From Selaginella moellendorffii (lineage: Eukaryota > Plantae > Lycopodiophyta): 64,000 bases of DNA. The notes under the pieces were generated by a model. It saw only the letters and a program-made list of their open reading frames with translations, had not been told where the DNA came from and made no database searches. The position numbers and the translations under genes were made by a program. The stretch is from contig NW_003314273.1 of NCBI RefSeq assembly GCF_000143415.4, positions 1,704,052-1,768,051 of the forward strand. The letters are read 5' to 3'. Below are positions 48,024 to 60,182 of the stretch, piece by piece (within the stretch, counting starts at the first letter, position 1; each line of letters opens with the position of its first letter).

Positions 48024-51000
48024 TCGGGACCGAGACCGAGACCGAGGCCGAGGCCGAGACCGAGCCCGAGCCCGAGTCCGAGTCCGAATCCGAGTTCGAG
48101 TCCGAGTCCAAGTCCGAGTTCGAGTCCGAGTCCGAAGCCTGAGAGGGTGAAAGCCCAAAGCGTTCGTCTCCCAGACCCTGGGGGGTTTGGTGAGCTCCAA
48201 AAGTATAGTAGGGGGAGGACTGCAGTGGAGCCAGTTTGGCCAGGAAAGGCCAGTTTGGCCCAGGAAGGCCGGACCCAGGGTTGGGTGATGAGCTGCCCAC
48301 TGGGAAGTCCAAGACTAGAGTGAACACAGACCGACAAGGGGGGTAGCTTGGTGAAGTGTTCAAGAGCCGGCTCTAGTTCCCCCGGGAGATCGACTGGCCG
48401 ATGCTCCCAGTCCAAGTGTGGGTGGCACTACCTACTTGGATACCTGGTGTGGCTCAACGGAACCCGCTCTAAGCCCATGGCTAGAGCACCCAAGGGCAGA
48501 AGGCGAGGAGAGTACCCAGGTGGCTCGCGTAAGGCCACGGTGTTCCCAAATGTTGTCCCAAAGGCCCAGACTGTGGAAAGGAAGAGGAGCAGTCCTCTGG
48601 GGTAGTGACCAAGGACACAGTCGTGTGGTGAGGAAGTCCTAGAGGACCGTGGGACTTAGTGGTCGGGCCTGTGGGTCTCGATCCAGTGGCAGTGTTGGCA
48701 AACACGGCCAGGGGCAGAAAGGGACTTAGTGGGAACTGACAGAGGGATATTGGGGAAGGCTATTCCCCTTGTCGGTGGGCATCCTAAGGATGCTAAGGAG
48801 TGGATCTGAGATGACCACTCACGGATGGTTTGCCTAGTCTTGGAGAGCCAAGACGGTGATGCAAGTGGTATTGGACTACCAGTGTGGCAAAGGTGATTGG
48901 GCATGGCCTTAGCGTAACGGGCTGCTATGTCGGTGGTACCTTTGAGTGTCGGTCATGGGATCGGACACGTGGAGCACTTGGACCAAGTGCAAATGTTGAG
49001 TGGCATGGATGCCATTCTCGGGGCTAGCAAGTCCCAAGTCCTGGATTGGACTTATGGAGGTTGTGAATGAGACTCCTCCAAGTGGTCAGAGGTGTGGTTA
49101 AGTGACTAAAGTAGAATGGAAAATTTAGTCACTTACAACTTGGTATCGGAGCTGTTCCTTAGTCCAACTTTTATTGGTGCTCAAGTATATCACCATTGAT
49201 ATTGGCATCGGAAGGTCCTAGGAGTGGGCCTATCCTTGAGGAGTAGCACGTCGAGAGGACATGGCTCTCCACTCAAGTTCATGCATGAACTTGGGCGCGA
49301 TGTGGTGGATAGAAAAGGGGCCAGTAAGGGAACGACTTTGGGATCTTGGGAACAGTATATAGTTTTCCTCAGAGAGTTGAGGATGTGACCCAGATGAGTG
49401 TTTGACTTAGCAAACTGGCTAATGTAGTTGTGGTGAACAACTACAGTTGGGATCACGGGAAAGATAAAGACTCCAAAGCAATAAAGGAGTCACAAGATTT
49501 TCCTCATATAGTTGAGGTTGGTGCTCATGAATGTGAGACCAGAAGTAATGACTGTGGGAGGTCAAATACGGAAGAGGACTCAAGTCCTTGAAAAGGTAGC
49601 CGGGGCTACCTCTAATAAATGCTGGAAAAACCCAAGGAGTTGGGGGTGTATTAAGTGGATGAGTTGGTGTTCTCATCACATGGACAAGTAGTCCTAAGGG
49701 GCAAAGGTTGCCCCCAGAGAACAAAATCAAGTGTCGGAGTAACACTTGTGAAAATAGACCTTTTGAGTAGGACAGGAATGCAAGAAGTGTATTCCAGTGA
49801 GCTAGTGCCTCATAAGTAGGACCTTACGGGTCTGTGGATTAACCAAGTCCAAAACTGCTGGGTGACTCAAGTAGAGTCAACGGATGGTCCTAAAAGGACT
49901 GATGGAAGCATTTGGACTAAGGTGTGTTGTACCCCACAAAGGATGGGGGGGGATCATAGGATCCAAGGATGAGAACAGAGGGTATCTCATCGATGGCAAA
50001 ATGTGCCATGCTAAAGTTATGGGAAAGGTGTTCCCAGAAGAAAACAACTTTGACATAAAGTTGTGTGTGACCTCTATGGTGTAGTGCTAACGGATGGTTG
50101 GCATGAGAAAGAGCGGTGTTGGTCTTGGCAAAGACTTAGACACGAAGGGGAAATGTCATAGAGGTAGGCTCGTGGAGCCGATGGTGTGGAGACACCAAAT
50201 GTGCCAAGGTGTGATACCTTGAGGCTATGTTGGTGGGTTCATGAGAACCCCTTGCCAAAGGAATCCCAATGGAAATGGGAATAGCATAGCCTAAGCTGCA
50301 GAGCATGCAGTTGGAGTGTGGTGACCCAGATAATGATGAAGGTGTGAAAGCACCAAGCAATGAGTTGTAGGACTTGACAACTATGAGGCAACTAAGCAAG
50401 AGATGCAAAATAACTGGTTAAACGGGTAAAAGGTAGCTACCCAAGACTTCTTAATAGCATAGGGAAGTTGGATATACCCTTACGGGGGATAAGTTGCTTG
50501 TGTTGCGATATAGTAAGTCAATGTCATAAAAGGAAATACTCATTGTCAAGAAAGCCATCATTGGGACACCCGAACACTCTAGAACACCAGAAGGTGGTGT
50601 TTGATGTCGCGAGGGCAATAGATAAAGCCCAAGGGACTAAGTCCCTAGCGAATGATGGATAGAAGGTGCTATCCAAATGTCCAAGGTTGTGGAGACAGGA
50701 GAGGACTGTCTACCCGAGTTGGACAAAGCCAAAAATGGAATTTTGGCAAGGCTAGTGATGGGCATGTAAAGGCCCATAAGCAACAATGTAATCCCAGTGT
50801 GTGGGATTATAAGGTGAGCATACCCGAATTGAAGAACCACTCCCTAGGCTATTGGGTAGGTTCATCCCTAAGAATACTTGCTAAAGCATGATAGAAAGTG
50901 CAAAGCTATCCTCCTGGTCTGGAGGAGAATGACCAAAGGAAAGGTGTGAAGCCAAAAAGCAAGAAGTAAGGGGATAGAACCGAATCGTAGGAATCAAAGG

Positions 51001-53891
51001 GCATAACCAAGGTTGGTTATGCCAGCTGGGAGTGGAGAATCAAGTGGGGGCTCGAGGGTGTTGCCGCTAGCAACCGTGATGCCATGGAGAGTCTAAAATA
51101 TGGAATTGTCCATGTTAGACTATGTGGCATTTGGAAGGCTTGCAAAAAGGGAGGCCTTAACAAGCTGAGGGACAGAGTTCCTTCAAGGTTCCCAAAAACG
51201 ATTCTAGGTAGCTTAGTACCTAGAAAGGCCAAGTGTAAATGGTTCATGGAACGCGCGAAATCAGAGTGGCGCAGCAGAAGCGTGGTCTTGAAGCTTGCCA
51301 TGAGGCAAGGCTATCAAGGTTAGGGAAGTAGTTCCCGAGTGTTCAAGGAGAGGGCTTTGAACGAAAGTCGATGGTCAAGGACCTTCATGCTTATGCAGGA
51401 ACCATGTTACAGTGGTCGGAGGACTTGCCAAGCGAGATTGGCACGTCAGGGGAACAAATACCCTAGTTGAAGGTGATAACTTCAAAAAGGGTGGGCCATG
51501 GGGCCGAGCATGGAGGAGTCCATGCATGATCACAGACATGTCAAGTGAGAGGACTTGGCAGTATGGAGGAACTAGGTTCCTAAGCTGTGATCTGTAGCGC
51601 GCTTTAAAAATAAGTTGGTGCACCGGTGTGGGGAGTCACGCCAGGCATCTTGTGTGATGCCGTCCGTAGATGCATATACGGAGGTTGGGTTCGAGTCCCG
51701 ACCCTCTAGTGCTTGGGTTCGAGTCCTAAATCACTAGGGCGTGGTGATGGTTTGAAATATGAGGACACTCATATTTCGGTGGTCATGGACTCTCAGTGGG
51801 GAGACTGGTTTGGGCACACCGCCAAGCGAGGGATGCCTCGGAGTCGTGATGCACGGTTAGATTGCTTAGTGGGAAAGCTCGGCATATCTAACTTGAACGC
51901 TTTGGTGCAAGTGGCACCAAGGTCGTGGTGAGTGAGATGGGGACACCTAATCTCAGTTGCTATGAACCCTTGGCCGTAAGGGCTAGCTTGGGTGCACCGC
52001 CAAGTGTGGGGGATGCCCCCGGGGTTATAGTCAACAACTTGGAGGTCTAGAAGACCAAGTACCTCTTGGCAACTCTGTTAAGGTGCCAAGGTGAGATCAC
52101 TAGGTGATCTTATGGCCAGATAAGGACAAGGTCCTTGGTTAGCTAAGGAATGAAGTTCCTGGTTCAAAATGTTGAAATTGAACTGTTTAAGGTGGTGTGG
52201 CTTGGTCGTGATGACCAAGTGGGGAAAAGCACCTTAGGGAAATGAGCTATGTCATTGCGATGGCATAGTGTGTCCAAGGAAAGTAGTCTCTAAAGAGACC
52301 CATGGGAGGGTCACAAAGTTGGGCCGTGGATAGAGCCCACAGCAAAAGATGCTAAAGAGACTTACTAGGGGTGAACACCCTAGTCTTGGCAAAGCAGAGC
52401 CTTTGCTATGGAATCAAAAGAATACCTCAAGGAGGGAGGTGGAGATTCGGTGTTGCTTGATGCAACAATCAACGGATAGGAGCAAAAGATGAGTGGCCAA
52501 GATAGGGCCGTGGAATCCCTTGGAAGGAATCCAAGTGACAAAGTTAGGCGAGGAACACTAATGTGTTGGACGCTAACAAATTGCGGGAAAGGAGGTGTGC
52601 TTCCAAGGATGGATTCCGAATTGCTCCGATTTGGCGAAAGTGGAAGCTCCAAGGGAGGGAGCGGTAAGGTAGCCAAATGATAGGGCCATGGACAGCCCTA
52701 GCACAAAGTATGATAAATGGAACTTAATGCCCAAGGTGGCACAAAGTAGAAGAGAGGATGATAGTGCCCTCAAGTAAAGAACTTCCTAAGATGGGGAAGT
52801 GGAGTTGCACAAAAAGTGCAATGCAAGGTGTTGGAGACACCTAGGAAATTGACTTCTAGAAGGCAAAGAGTAAAAGTTCCAAGATGCAAACGTTCTATAG
52901 ATGGAAATTGAGACTGCTCGAGAAGGAGTAGTGGGATTGACTTAGAGAAGGGTCTCTAAGAGGTTTAGCGAGAACTAAACAATTAAAAGGAGAGAACCAC
53001 TACATGTGGTCCAATCAGTCTCTAAGTTGGAGAGACTACCCTCCTTAGAGGATAGGCAAGGCATGGTGAGCCTTTGGTGTCAAACCATTGAGGCATATGC
53101 AAAACGCATGGTGAGCCTTCAATGTCAAACCATTGACAAATATTGGCTAGGTGCCAAGGATGGAAATGGTAACGCATGCGAGTGTTACTTTACAAAATGG
53201 TTTACCGTTCGATGAGGACATCGAACTTCGTCTATGGGTGGTGGAGTTGTGAGACACAAAATCCCTAGGCCCCAAAGTGGAGCCGGAAGGGCGCCACATG
53301 GTAGTGGCCGAAGCGAGAGCCAAACGAGCGTAACACATTTGGACCAAAAGCTCCGACTTGAAAAGTCAAGAGCGGGAGTGGAACTCCCAACGAAGTGCTC
53401 GAGGAACAAGCACGAAGCGAGCAAAAGGCGAGGCTCCAAAAAGGGACCCAAAAGGACCAACACATGACACGTGGGAGTGTCCGAGATGGACTCGAGTTGG
53501 AGTCCGAAGTGGAGTCTGAGATGGACCCGAGTTGGAGTCCGAAGTGGAGTCCGAGATGGACCCGAGTTGGAGTCCGAAGTGGAGTCCAAGATGGACCCGA
53601 GATGGAGTCCGAGATGGAGTCCGAANNNNNNNNNNNNNNNNNNNNNNNNNNNNNNNNNNNNNNNNNNNNNNNNNNNNNNNNNNNNNNNNNNNNNNNNNNN
53701 NNNNNNNNNNNNNNNNNNNNNNNNNGACTCGAGATGGAGTCCGAGATGGAGTCCGAGATGGAGTCCGAGGTGGACCCGAGATGGACCCGAGATGGAGTCC
53801 GAGATGGAGTCCGAGATGGACCCGAGATGGAGTCCGAGATGGAGTCCGAGATGGAGTCCGAGATGGAGTCCGAAGTCGAGACCGAGACCGG

Positions 53892-53923
<32 letters not shown>

Positions 53924-55037
53924 TCGGGACCGAGACCGAGACCGAGGCCGAGGCCGAGACCGAGCCCGAGCCCGAGTCCGAGTCCAAATCCGAGTCTGAG
54001 TCCGAGTCCGAGTCCGAGTTCGAGTCCGAGTCCGAAGCCTGAGAGGGTGAAAGCCCAAAGCGTTCGTCTCCCAGACCCTGGGGGGTTTGGTGAGCTCCAA
54101 AAGTATAGTAGGGGGAGGACTGCAGTGGAGCCAGTTTGGCCAGGAAAGGCCAATTTGGCCCAGGAAGGCCGGACCCAGGGTTGGGTGATGAGTTGCCCAC
54201 TGGGAAGTCCAAGACTAGAGTGAACACAGACCGACAAGTGGGGTAGCTTGGTGAAGTGTTCAAGAGCCGGCTCTAGTTCCCCCGGGAGATCGACTGGCCG
54301 ATGCTCCCAGTCCAAGTGTGGGTGGCACTACCTACTTGGATACCTGGTGTGGCTCAATGGAACCCGCTCTAAGCCCATGGCTAGAGCACCCAAGGGCAGA
54401 AGGCGAGGAGAGTACCCAGGTGGCTCGCGTAAGGCCACGGTGTTCCCAAATGTTGTCCCAAAGGCCCAGACTGTGGAAAGGAAGAGGAGCAGTCCTCTGG
54501 GGTAGTGACCAAGGACACAGTCGTGTGGTGAGGAAGTCCCAGAGGACCGTGGGACTTAGTGGTCGGGCCTGTGGGTCTCGATCCAGTGGCAGTGTTGGCA
54601 AACACAGCCAGGGGCAGAAAGGGACTTAGTGGGGACTGACAGAGGGATATTGGGGAAGGCTATTCCCCTTGTCGGTGGGCATCCTAAGGATGCTAAGGAG
54701 TGGATCTGAGATGACCACTCACGGATGGTTTGCCTAGTCTTGGAGAGCCAAGACGGTGATGCAAGTGGTATTGGACTACCAGTGTGGCAAAGGTGATTGG
54801 GCATGGCCTTAGCGTAACGGGCTGCTATGTCGGTAGTACCTTTGAGTGTCGGTCATGGGATCGGACACGTGGAGCACTTGGACCAAGTGCAAATGTTGAG
54901 TGGTATGGATGCCATTCTCGGGGCTAGCAAGTCCCAAGTCCTGGATTGGACTTATGGAGGTTGTGAATGAGACTCCTCCAAGTGGTCAGAGGTGTGGTTA
55001 AGTGACTAAAGTAGAATGGAAAATTTAGTCGCTTACA
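47352..55037 (+). mobile_element. Complete non-autonomous (LARD-like) family A element nested in the family C 5-prime LTR
   Basis: LTRs 47352-49137 and 53248-55037, PBS 49141-49152, PPT 53234-53247, TSD CCATG. The 4.1-kb interior has no gag or pol motifs. Confidence 0.93.
53626..53725. other. Assembly gap (100 N) in the LTR tandem array
   Basis: A run of exactly 100 N. Confidence 0.99.
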
Positions 55038-55409
55038 CCATGATCAAGTCTTGTGGTACCAAGGGATGTTAGGAACCTGGAAGCTTGGTGTGCTTGGCTG
55101 CTTGTGCTTGCGGGGAGTGTAGCCGAACCTTAAGTCCAGTCTAACCCGGGGAGGGGGATTGGGAGTGATTTGGGAATCCATGGAAGGATGGCTAACACTC
55201 CGTTGCTCGTGCAGTGAGTAGCTGAAACCAAGTAGGAGCTGGTACCATAGGCGAGAACCTTGGCGAGGGAGCTTAGCAAAAGCCAAGGCAGCATTGGACG
55301 GATAGACGAGGTAAGCTGGCAAATTGGAAAGGAAAAATTTGTGGCTTACAATTTGGTATCGGAGCCTTTATCTCAGTTCTAGCGAAGGATAGAGGCGGAT
55401 TGCTGGGAG

Positions 55410-58400
55410 ATGGCAAGGGCAGGGCGTAAGCGAACCCAGGCAGAGACGGAACCTCCGCCGGAGCTGGAGCCTCCGGTCGAACAAGAGGCTATGGATGAGG
55501 AATCCTTGCATGAGGAGGACTCTAGTGAAGAAACTTCCAAACAGGAGTCCGGTGGCAAGGTTCGGACGTCCAAGGCTCGATTGGACGTGCTAGAAGGACA
55601 GTTGGCACAGACCAATGCCCTGCTGGAAACTCTCGTACGCAAGCTCAAGCGTGACGAGAGGCGGAAGAAAAAGAAAAAGACTGCGGATGCTGGCAGCACA
55701 GAAGGTGCGGATCTTTCGGCCGGGACTGAGGCAAAACCAGACAAGGTCGAACAGACCGAAGTAGAATCAGTCCCTCAGGCAGTTCCCAAGTACAAACCAA
55801 AGCCCCCACCAGTCTTCAAGGGAGTGAACGACTATAAGGTGGTGGAGGATTGGTTTTACGATATGGAGGACTACTTCCGAGCGTTGCAGTTACCGAGCTC
55901 GGAGAAGGTCCCATGTGCAAAACCATACTTGGCAGATAATGCCAAGTTTTGGTGGAGAACGACGAAGGCCAACGAAGGACCAGTGGCCACTTGGGACATG
56001 ATGAAGGCGAGGATCCGCGCAACATACATTCCTCCGAATGCCACTCTGCATCTGAGAGATGAGCTGAGTAGGCTGAAGCAGACTGGAACCATCCAGGAAT
56101 ATGTGAATGGGTTCATGGCAAAGAGGATACTTGTCACGGACATGGGGGATATGGATGCGTTCCATGCCTTCATATCAGGTTTGCAAACCTGGGCTCGCGG
56201 TGAGGTGATGCGGTGGAACCCGACCAACTACAAGGAAGCGTTGGATGTGGCCATCAAGGTGCATTTCAACGATAACTTGCGAAAGGGGAACACGACGGGG
56301 TCGGGATCCACATTTAGCATAGGGGCCAAACCAAGGGGAATGTATAGCAAGGGGAAATTCAAAAAGAGTTTCTCTAAGAATGAGTCCTCGGGGTTCCGGA
56401 AAGGCAAATCCGGTGGCCAGCGAGCGAGTACGTGGGGGAGTCAAGCGAAAAAAGACAAACCCACGGATAAGAAGGCCAAGTCGTATAGCAGCGTGGGAAA
56501 CAACGTATGCTACAACTGCGGCGAAGCGGGACACTTCTCGAGGGAATGTCCCTACCCAAAAAAGGCTAGAGCCAATATGGCCATCAAGTCGGGTGAAGTC
56601 CAAACTGAGGTATGTGATCCAGTCCCTAACTCAAAGTTACTCATTACACGAGCAACTTTGGTAGAGAGTCGTTCGCGACATCTACTAGCCCTCCGAGGGA
56701 AGCTCGGAGGTAGCTTTGTTAAGATCCTTATTGACACGGGTGCTTCGGATAATTTTGTGGCTGCAGACATAGTCCGGCAAGTCGGACTAATGGTGCAGCG
56801 GCTAGGCGAACCAAGGACTATAGAGTTTGTTCAAGGTAGCCAAAGCACCGATGAGGTACTTCGACAAGCGAGAGTCGAAGTGGGGACATGGAAAGTGGAC
56901 ATGGATTTCACCGTCTTGGACATGGCGGGATTTGACGTGATCTTCGGAATGGATTGGTTTAATCGGTTCGTGGTAGCCCTGCATGGACAAGGTAGGAACC
57001 TTGTGGTATTGGCGAATGCCCAAGGAAGAAGATCTAGGGTGGAGGCCCAGGATCTAAAGGTAGGGCAAAGCAAGGCCAAAGAGTCATGCTTAAACCTGGT
57101 GTCCACGAGAGGACAACTCACTAAAGGAACTAAGGCAGCCTTTTTGTGCTTACTCTCGGTGAAGAGTGACAAAAAGACAAGAACGGAAGAAGTACCTTTA
57201 GTGATCCAGCAAGTGCTGGACCAATTCCAGGATACGATGCCGGAGGAGCTACCGGCAGGGTTGCCCCCCGCACGACCGATAGAACATAAGATTGAGTTGG
57301 TCGAGGGTGCTGAGGCGGTGGTTCGTCCACCCTATCGATTGAATGAAAAAGAACTCAAGGAGCTCAAGAGCCAACTAGAGGAGTTGGTGGACAAAGGGTA
57401 TGTTAGGTTGAGCAAGTCGCCGTATGGGGCGCCGGTGCTATTTGTGAAAAAGAAAGATGGATCTATGCGCATGTGCATAGACTACCGGTTGCTCAACAAG
57501 TATACCAAGAAGAACAAGTACCCTTTGCCAAGGATCGAGGACCTGTTCGATAGGTTGGGAAAGGCAAAATACTTCTCGAGGATTGACCTAAGGTCAGGAT
57601 ACTACCAGATCAGGGTAGCTGAGGAAGATGTCGAGAAGACAACCTGTCGAACGAGGTATGGGAGCTTTGAGTTTCTGGTGATGCCCTTTGGGCTGTGCAA
57701 TGCGCCGGCAAAGTTTTCGGCATTGATGAACCACATCTTTGTACCCTATCTGGATCGCTTCGTGGTCGTCTATATTGACGACATCCTGATCTATAGCGAG
57801 ACGCTAGAGGAGCATGCCGAACACTTGGCGAAGGTGTTTGAGAAACTAAGGGAACACAAACTGTATGCTAAAGAGAGCAAATGTGACTTTGCTCAACAAG
57901 AGGTAAAGTTTCTCGAGCATGTGGTGGGCCAGGACGGGCTCAAGGTGGACCCGGAGAAGGTCCAAGCGATCCAGGAATGGGAACGACCATCGAATGTACA
58001 TGAGTTGAGGGCGTTCCTGGGGCTATGCAACTACTATCAAAAGTTTATCAGACACTATTCGAGAGTAGCCCTGCCCTTAACGGACCAAACAGGAAAAGGG
58101 AAGATGGTATGGACAACGGAATGCGAGGCGGCATTCTTCCACCTCAAAGGGAAGTTGAGGAAGGCTCCAGTGTTGGCATTACCAGACTTTGGTAAGGACT
58201 TTGAGGTAGACACGGATGCTTCGGACTTTGCGTTGGGCGCAGTTTTGAAGCAAGACAACCATCCAGTAGCGTTCTTCTCGAAGAAGCTGGACAAGGCTCA
58301 ACGGAAGTGGCCTGCCCACGAGAAGGAATTGTTTGCGGTGGTCAAGGCGCTCAAGGAGTGGTGACACTACCTTGGGAGACACTTCAAGGTTTACACGGAC

Positions 58401-60182
58401 AATGTGGCAATGAAACACTTCTTGTCACAGCCCGACCTAAGGGGAAAACAAGGTAGGTGGGCCAATGCTTTGGCCGAGTTTGATTGCGAGATCCTGTACA
58501 AGCCTGGGAAGAGCAACATCGTGGCAGATGCGCTAAGTCGAAAAGCGAGCTTGAAGTTGGCGATATCTAGCGCGACAGCAACCTTTTGGGACGATGTGCG
58601 GACCGCATACGAGAGTGATGGTCTAGCACAAGAAGTGTTGCTGAGGAATCTGGAGGCGCGGGAAGCTCAGTAGAGAGGTGAGCTGCCAACGGAAGAGAAA
58701 ACGGGCTATGCGGAACGCAACGGACTCATATATTACAAGCAAACGAGGGTGTATGTTCCAGAAGGGGAACTAAGGAAGGTAGCCTTGGAAGAGTGTCATG
58801 ACGGACCTCTCGCGGGACACGGCGGAGTGCCCAAGACGATGGGCTTACTCAAAAGGAAGTATCACTGGCCAGATATGGCTAAGAATGTCCAAGACTATGT
58901 AAAGACATGTCCAACATGTCAGCAGGTCAAAGCCGTGACGAAGGCTAGTGGGGGCTTGTTGCAAAGCATCCCCATTCCAGATCGTCCGTGGAAATGTCTC
59001 ACGATGGACTTCATCATGGGACTACCCCCAAGCGAGGGGTTCGATGCGATATTCGTGGTGGTGGACCGATTTTCAAAGATGGCACATTTCATACCCACCA
59101 CAACGCATGTGGATGCGGAAGGTGTGGCGAAGCTGTTCTTCGAACAAGTGGTTCGAGTGCGGGGAAGGCCGGAAGAGATTATCTCAGATCGAGATAAGAT
59201 CTTCACCAGTAGGTTCTGGAGGACACTCCTAGAACAGTATCGCACCAAGTTGAAATTCAGCACGGCCTATCACCCACAGACAGGTAATGGGTATTGAGTC
59301 AAGATTGATGGCACTAACACTTCTTGACAGACGGACAAACGGAAAGGGTGAATAGGCAGCTGGAGGATTATTTGCAATGCTATGTCTCGGGAGACCAAAC
59401 CGACTGGGTAAGTCATTTGGGACTTGCGGAAATGTGTTATAACAACTCACCACATTCGAGCATCGGGGTGAGTCCATGGGAAGTCATCAATGGGCGAGCT
59501 ATTGAAGGTCCTGTGGAACTCGGCATGGCCGAGTATCATGGAGAGTTACCCGCAGTGGAGGCATTCACGGCAGAAAGACTCAACATTTGGAATCTAGTGA
59601 GGGATTCCTTGGAACGGGCTCAACAAAGGCAAACTAAGTACGCGAACCAAAAGCGTCGGGATGTGGAGTTCCAAGCTGGGGAGAAGGTGTGGCTGAACAC
59701 CAAGAACCTCAGGCTACCAAGTGGGATCAGCCGGAAGTTGACCCAAAGGTAAAAATGCATGTATTCCTGTAAATGAATTGATCTTGAGTTCCTTAAGCAG
59801 GTTCGCGGGGCCTTACGAGATTGAGGCTCGAATCGGTAAAGTGGCTTACCGTCTCCAACTTCCTCAAGAGATGGGGAAGATGCATCCCGTGTTCCACGTG
59901 AACTTACTCAAGCCGTATTTTGAGGATCCACTTCGCAAGGACCAAGTAAGACCTTTACCTGAGGTTATCCAAGGGGAGGAGGAATACGAAGTCGAGGCCA
60001 TCCTCAATGCGCGCAAGAGCAAGCGACAAGGACGCGAGGTGAGAGAGTTCCATGTGAAGTGGAAAGGATTTCCACACTGCGAAGCAACATGGGAACCGGA
60101 GGAGAACCTAGCGAACGCGCGAGATCTAGTGGAGGAATTTTTGCATGGCAGAACTCTATGTACTTATGCAAAGTTCAATTAA
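55410..60182 (+). CDS. gag-pol: Gag-Pol polyprotein (gag, CCHC knuckle, protease, RT, RNase H, integrase, chromodomain); two introns (59284-59330, 59749-59800) and two in-frame nonsense codons (58362, 58671)
   Basis: [42 protein letters not shown]...CPTC, TMDFI, ISDRD, HPQT/DGQTER, KLTQR/FAGPY, and EYEVEAIL...VKWKGF...TWEPEENL. Confidence 0.93.

Noticed and set aside
51688-51727. tRNA genes at GGTTCGAGTCC motifs
   Set aside because: No A-box or cloverleaf is discernible.
58362-58673. Programmed stop-codon readthrough or RNA editing in pol
   Set aside because: The stops fall in the conserved EW(R)HYL motif and in a linker. Single C-to-T changes explain both more simply.
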